Shown here: piece after piece, positions 59,001-64,000 of the stretch
How positions within the stretch are numbered: position 1 is the first letter of the stretch
Layout of the letters: each line of letters begins with the position of its first letter
Source of the DNA: Mobula hypostoma
Lineage: Eukaryota
Reading direction: 5' to 3'
DNA: 64,000 nt
NCBI RefSeq assembly: GCF_963921235.1
Contig: NC_086101.1
Location: 1,736,001 to 1,800,000, forward strand
Notes under the pieces: model-generated
Databases searched by the model: none
What the model saw: the letters and a program-made list of their open reading frames with translations, nothing else
What the model was told of the DNA's origin: nothing
Made by a program: the position numbers and the translations under genes

Positions 59001-60581
59001 GGAGACGGGGGAGTGGGTAAGGGGAGACAGGGAAGTGGGGAGTGGGGAGACAGTGGGGGGAGTGGTGGAGGGGAGACTGGGGGGAGTGGGGGAGGGGAGA
59101 CGGGAGAGTGGGTGAGGGGAGACGGAAGTGGGGAAGGGGAGACGGTGGGGAGTGGGAAGACGGTGGGGGGAGTGGGGAAGGGGAGAGGTGGGGAGTGGGA
59201 AGACGGTGGGGGGAGTGGGGAAGGGGAGAGGTGGGGAGTGGGAAGACGGTGGGGGGAGTGGTGGAGGGGAGACAGTGGGGGGAGTGGGGGAGGGGAGATG
59301 GTGGGGGGAGTGGGGAAGGGGGGCAGTGGGGGAGTAGGGAAGGGGAGAGTGTGGGGGGAGTGGGAAAGGTGAGACAGTGGGGAGTGGGGAAGGGGATACA
59401 GTGGGGAGTGAGGAAGGGGTGATGGTGGGGGAGTGGGGAAGGGGAGACAGTGGGAAAGGGGAAGGGGTGATGGTGGGGAGTGGGGAAGGGGAGACAGTGG
59501 GGAAGGGGATACAGTGGGGAGTGAGGAAGGGGTGATGGTGGGGGAGTGGAGAAGGGGAGACAGTGGGGAGTGGGGAAGGGGAGACGGTGGGGGTAGTGGG
59601 GAAGTGGAGACGGTGGGGGTAGTGGGGAAGGGGAGACGGTGGGGAGTGGGAAGACGGTGGGGGGAGGTGGAGGGGAGACAGTGGGGGGAGTCGGGGAGGG
59701 GAGACGGGGGAGTGGGTAAGGGGAGACAGGGAAGTGGGGAGTGGGGAGACAGTGGGGGGAGTGGTGGAGGGGAGACTGGGGGGAGTGGGGGAGGGGAGAT
59801 GGGGGAGTGGGGGAGGGGAGACGGGAGAGTGGGTGAGGGGAGACGGAAGTGGGGAAGGGGAGACGGAAGTGGGGAAGGGGAGACGGTGGGGAGTGGGAAG
59901 ACGGTGGGGGGAGTGGGGAAGGGGAGAGGTGGGGAGTGGGAAGACGGTGGGGGGAGTGGGGAAGGGGAGAGGTGGGGAGTGGGAAGACGGTGGGGGGAGT
60001 GGTGGAGGGGAGACAGTGGGGGGAGTGGGGGAGGGGAGATGGTGGGGGGAGTGGGGAAGGGGGGCAGTGGGGGAGTAGGGAAGGGGAGAGTGTGGGGGGA
60101 GTGGGAAAGGTGAGACAGTGGGGAGTGGGGAAGGGGATACAGTGGGGAGTGAGGAAGGGGTGATGGTGGGGGAGTGGGGAAGGGGAGACAGTGGGGAGTG
60201 GGGAAGGGAGACAGTGGGGGTAGTGGGGAAGTGGTGACGGTGGGGGTAGTGGGGAAGGGGAGACGATGGGGTGTGGAGAAACGGTGGGGGGAGTCGGGGA
60301 GGGGAGACGGGGGAGTGGGTAAGGGGAGACAGGGAAGTGGGGAAGGGGAGACGGTGGGGAGTGGGAAGACGGTGGGGGGAGTGGTGGAGGGGAGGCGGGG
60401 GAGTGGGTAAGGGGAGACAGGGAAGTGGGGAAGGGGAGACGGTGGGGAGTGGGAAGACGGTGGGGGGAGTGGTGGAGGGGAGACAGTGGGAGAGTGGGGG
60501 AGGGGAGACAGTGAGGGGAGTGAGGAAGGGGAGACGGTGGGGGAGTGGGGAAGGGGAGATGGTGGGGGAGTGGGGAAGGGG
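56100..60581 (+). repeat. ~4.5-kb G-rich degenerate minisatellite (GGGGAGTGGGGAAGGGGAGACAGT-like) filling intron 1
   Basis: Directly visible continuous G3-G6 runs on the plus strand. Confidence 0.97.
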
Positions 60582-60693
60582 ATGTTCCGGTAACTGTGCT
60601 CAGTGTTTCGTATTCACCCATTCCAGAGCACCTGTTCTGGACGTCCCTGAGCTGAGCACTCTTTGTTTAACTCTGCTGCTTTGTGTTTCACAG

Positions 60694-61047
60694 TTTATTC
60701 AGCTCATGGTTCTCAGCGATCTTCTGGAATTACATCTGTTTCTGTGGCCCGATATTCCCCAGTTACCCTGGTGGGCTACCGTGGTCCTGTGTTGCATTCT
60801 GGTGTTTCAGTCTCTTGGTCAGTTCTGCACCCTTCCCGTCACATTCTGATTCTACTGCACACCATCGGCTCAACTGATGTGTACTATGCCCAGTTTTACC
60901 AACACCGAGTGGAGTATCATACTGAGAATGGTTCTCTCTGCCTGAAGAATGCCGATCTGGCTGACAGTGGTATTTATGAGACCCTGGTGTTCTATCCTGG
61001 GTTAGATGCTAATAAGAGGTACTTTCATACCATCTTGTACGTCCAGG
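60694..61047 (+). CDS. Exon 2: N-terminal IgV-like domain without the canonical disulfide (CD2/SLAM/CEACAM-type)
   Basis: Acceptor TTGTGTTTCACAG| and donor CAGG|GTAAGG define a 354-bp, phase 1-1, stop-free exon. Motifs are VTL, VSW, RVEY, NGSLCLKN, DSGIY and ILYVQ. Confidence 0.85.
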
Positions 61048-61214
61048 GTAAGGCAGTAATGAAAAGTTCTTCTTGTTTACAGTTTGGTAATATGCCTCAT
61101 CCACCTGTCCCATTCCCACTGTAACATCCAACACTGGCTTTCCCTCCCCTCTCGCTACCTCTCACTCTCCTCACCCTCCCTCCATCTCTCCCCCACCCCC
61201 TCTCGCCCCTACCC

Positions 61215-62080
61215 CGCAGAAGAAAGGCGTGGGAGGAACACCAGAGGGAGGTGATGGGCGGGCAAGGAGATAACATGAGAGAGGGACAAGGAGGTGGGAA
61301 ATGGTGAAAGCAGCAGGAGGCACTACTGGAAGTTTGAAAAATCGATGTTCATGCCATCAGGTTGGAGGCTACCCAAACGGAATATAAGGTGTTGTTCCTC
61401 CAACCCAAGCATGGCCTTATCCTGCCAGTGGAGGAGGCCATGGATGGACATATCGGAATGGGAAGTGGAATTAAAATGGGTGGCCACTGGGAGATTCCTC
61501 TTGTTTTGGCGGATGGAGTGTTGATGCTTGGAGAAGCGGTCTCCCAATCTACCTGGGGCCTCACTGATATATAGGAGCCCACACTGGGAGCACCAGACAT
61601 GGTAGATGACCCCAACAGATTCACAGGTGAAATGTCACCTCACCTGGAAGGACTGTTTAGGGCCCTGAATGGTAGTGAGGGAGGACGTGTAGGGGCAGGT
61701 GTAGCATTTGTTCCGCTTGCAAGGGTAAGTGCCAGGAGGGAGATCAGTAGGGAGAGACGAATGGACAAGGGAGTCGCATTGGGAGCGATCCCTGTAGAAA
61801 GCAGAAAGTGGGGAGGGGCAGGTGGGAGGGAAAGATGTGGTTGGTGGTGGGAGCCCATTGGAGGTAGCAGAAGTTTCTGAGAATTATGTGCTGGATGTGG
61901 ATGCTGGTGGAGTGGTAGATGAGGTCAAGAGGAACCCTATCCCTGGTAGGGTGGCGGGAGGATGGGGCAAGAGCAGACGTGCATGAAATGGAAGAGATGT
62001 GGTTGAGGGTAGCATTGATGGAGGAAGGGAAGCCTCATCCTGAGAGCAGATGCGGCAGAGACGGAGGAATTAAGAGAAGG
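61215..62080 (-). mobile_element. Penelope-like element 3' part (GIY-YIG region)
   Basis: PVATHFNSTSHS...EEQHLIFRLGSLQPDGMNIDFSNF in ORF 61323..61547. Confidence 0.85.
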
Positions 62081-62199
62081 CGGTCTTTTCTAGTTGGCTT
62101 CCAGTGACTAGTGGTGTTCCAGAGGGGACTGTGTTGTTACTGCTTTTTACATCATATGTGAATGATGGAATTAATGAAATTCAGAGCACGAAGCTGCGA

Positions 62200-64000
62200 G
62201 TGAATGGCTGATTTTCAGAGCCAAGGCAGTTTTTCCCACTCGGGGTAAAAGAGAGGCAAGACTGTGCAGGCGCGTGACGTCAGCCAGTAGAGCGCGAAAG
62301 GTTTAAAAAGAAGACAGCCATATCCAGCGGGCAGCAGAGTGATAGGGCTTTGGCTCAACGGGTTTAGGGTAACAGGACGAGGTGAGGTAGGTTTACCTGT
62401 GTTAATTGCGGAAAGGAGGAAGTATGTGTGTGAGGCCAGTTTTCTGTGCTCGGTGTCGGATGTGGGAGGTCCTGGAGTCTCCCAGCCTCCCGGACGGCCA
62501 TATCTGCGCCCGGTGTGTCGAGCTGCAGTTCCTAAGGGACCGCATCAGGGAACTGGAGATGCAGCTCAATGACCTTCACCCGGTCAGGGAGAACGAGGAG
62601 TTGATAGAAAGGAGTCATAAGCAGGACCATCGGAGACAGACAAGTGAGTCACAGTCAGGAGAGGGAAGGGGAAGAGTCAGGGTTTTAGATGTTTCATAAA
62701 GGACAGGAGGGAGGCAAAAGAGGTGGGGGCGTAGCACTGTTGATCAGAGATAATGTCACGGCTGCACAAAAGGTGGACGCCATGGAGGGATTGTCTACGG
62801 AGTCTGTGTGGGTGGAGGTTAGGAACAGGAAGGGGTCAATAACTTTACTGGGTGTTTTTTATAGGCCACCCAATAGTAACAGGGATATCAAGGAGCAGAT
62901 AGGGAAACAGATCCTGGAAAGGTGTAATAATAACAGAGTTGTCATGATGGGAGATTTTAATTTCCCAAATATCGATTGGCATCTCCCAAGAGCAAGGGGT
63001 TTAGATGGGGTGGAGTTTGTTAGGTGTGTTCAGGAAGGTTTCTTGACACAATATGTAGATAGCCTGCAAGAGGAGAGGCTGTACTTGATCTGGTATTGGG
63101 AAATGAACCTGGTCAGGTGTCAGATCTCTCAGTGGGAGAGCATTTTGGAGATAGTGATCATAATTCTATCTCCTTTACAATAGCATTGGAGAGGGATAGG
63201 AACAGACAAGTGAGAAAAGTGTTTAATTAGAGTAAGGGGAATTATGAGGCTATCAGGCAGGAAATTGAAAGCTTAAATTGGGAACAGATGTTCTCAGGGA
63301 AAAGTACGGAAGAAATGTGGCAAATGTTCAGGGAATATTTGTGTGTATGTTCCAATGAGAGAGGGAAGTTATGGTAGGGTACAGGAACCGTGGTGTACAA
63401 AGGCTGTAATAAATCCAGTCAAGAAGAAAAGAAAAGCTTACAGAAGGTTCAGGGAGCTAGGTAATGTTAGAGATCTAGAAGATTATAAGGCTAATAGGAA
63501 GGAGCTTAAGAATTAAATTAGGAGAGCCAGAAGGGGCCAAGAGAAGGCCTTGGCGGGCAGGATTAAAAAAAACCCCAAGGTGTTGTACAAGTATATGAAC
63601 AGCAAGAGGATAAGACGTGAGAGAATAGGACCTATCAAGTGTGGCAGTGGGAAAGTATGTATGGAACCGGAGGAAATAGCAGAGGTACTTAATGAATACT
63701 TTACTTCAGTATTCACTATGAAAAAGGATCTTGGTGATTGTCGTGATGACTTGCAGCAGACTGAAAAGCTTGAGCATGTAGATATTAAGAAAGAGGATGT
63801 GGGGGAGCTCTTGGAAAGCACCAAGTTGGATAAGTCACCGGGATCGGATGGGATGTACCCCAGGCTACTGTGGGAGGCGAGGGAGGAGATTGCTGAGCCT
63901 CTGACGATGATCTTTGAATCATCAATGGAGACGGGAGAGGTTCTGGAGGATTGGAGGGTTGCGGATGTTGTTCCTTTATTCAAGAAAGGGAGTAGAGATA
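62200..64000 (+). mobile_element. CR1 LINE: 5'UTR and ORF1 N-terminus joined at ~62680 to ORF2 EN/tether, running off the window
   Basis: CARCRMWE...ICARC in ORF 62406, then GGGVALLI, FYRPPNS and GDFNFP in ORF 62689. Confidence 0.9.

Noticed and set aside
55408..60621. 1737-aa Pro-rich ORF on the minus strand and many Gly-rich ORFs on the plus strand
   Set aside because: These are translations of the G-rich minisatellite, which has few stop codons by composition. There is no domain structure.

Overview
Eukaryotic, repeat-saturated 64 kb window. The repeat families suggest a vertebrate, probably a cartilaginous fish, but that is an inference. Most of the sequence is nested, decayed retroelements: many CR1 LINE pieces (one near-full-length copy at ~9190-13243 with open ORF1 and ORF2), Rex1/Babar LINEs, Penelope-like GIY-YIG fragments, an R4/Dong-clade RLE relic, ERV-like env and gag/LTR remnants, a complete hAT transposon with TIRs and a perfect 8-bp TSD, and a mariner MITE. 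There are four large minisatellite arrays, and most long ORFs in the track are artefacts of them. One host gene is supported: a signal-peptide exon (56040-56082) spliced in frame to a cysteine-less IgV exon (60694-61047) of CD2/SLAM/CEACAM type, with a first intron made almost entirely of a 4.5-kb G-quadruplex-type repeat. The most interesting unannotated layer is RNA-level: short TSD-flanked insertions carrying minimal hammerhead ribozymes, two families of short non-coding RTE-derived elements with strong predicted secondary structure, and a decayed HDV-like ribozyme candidate split by a CR1 insertion. Family names come from my recognition of motifs, not from database searches.
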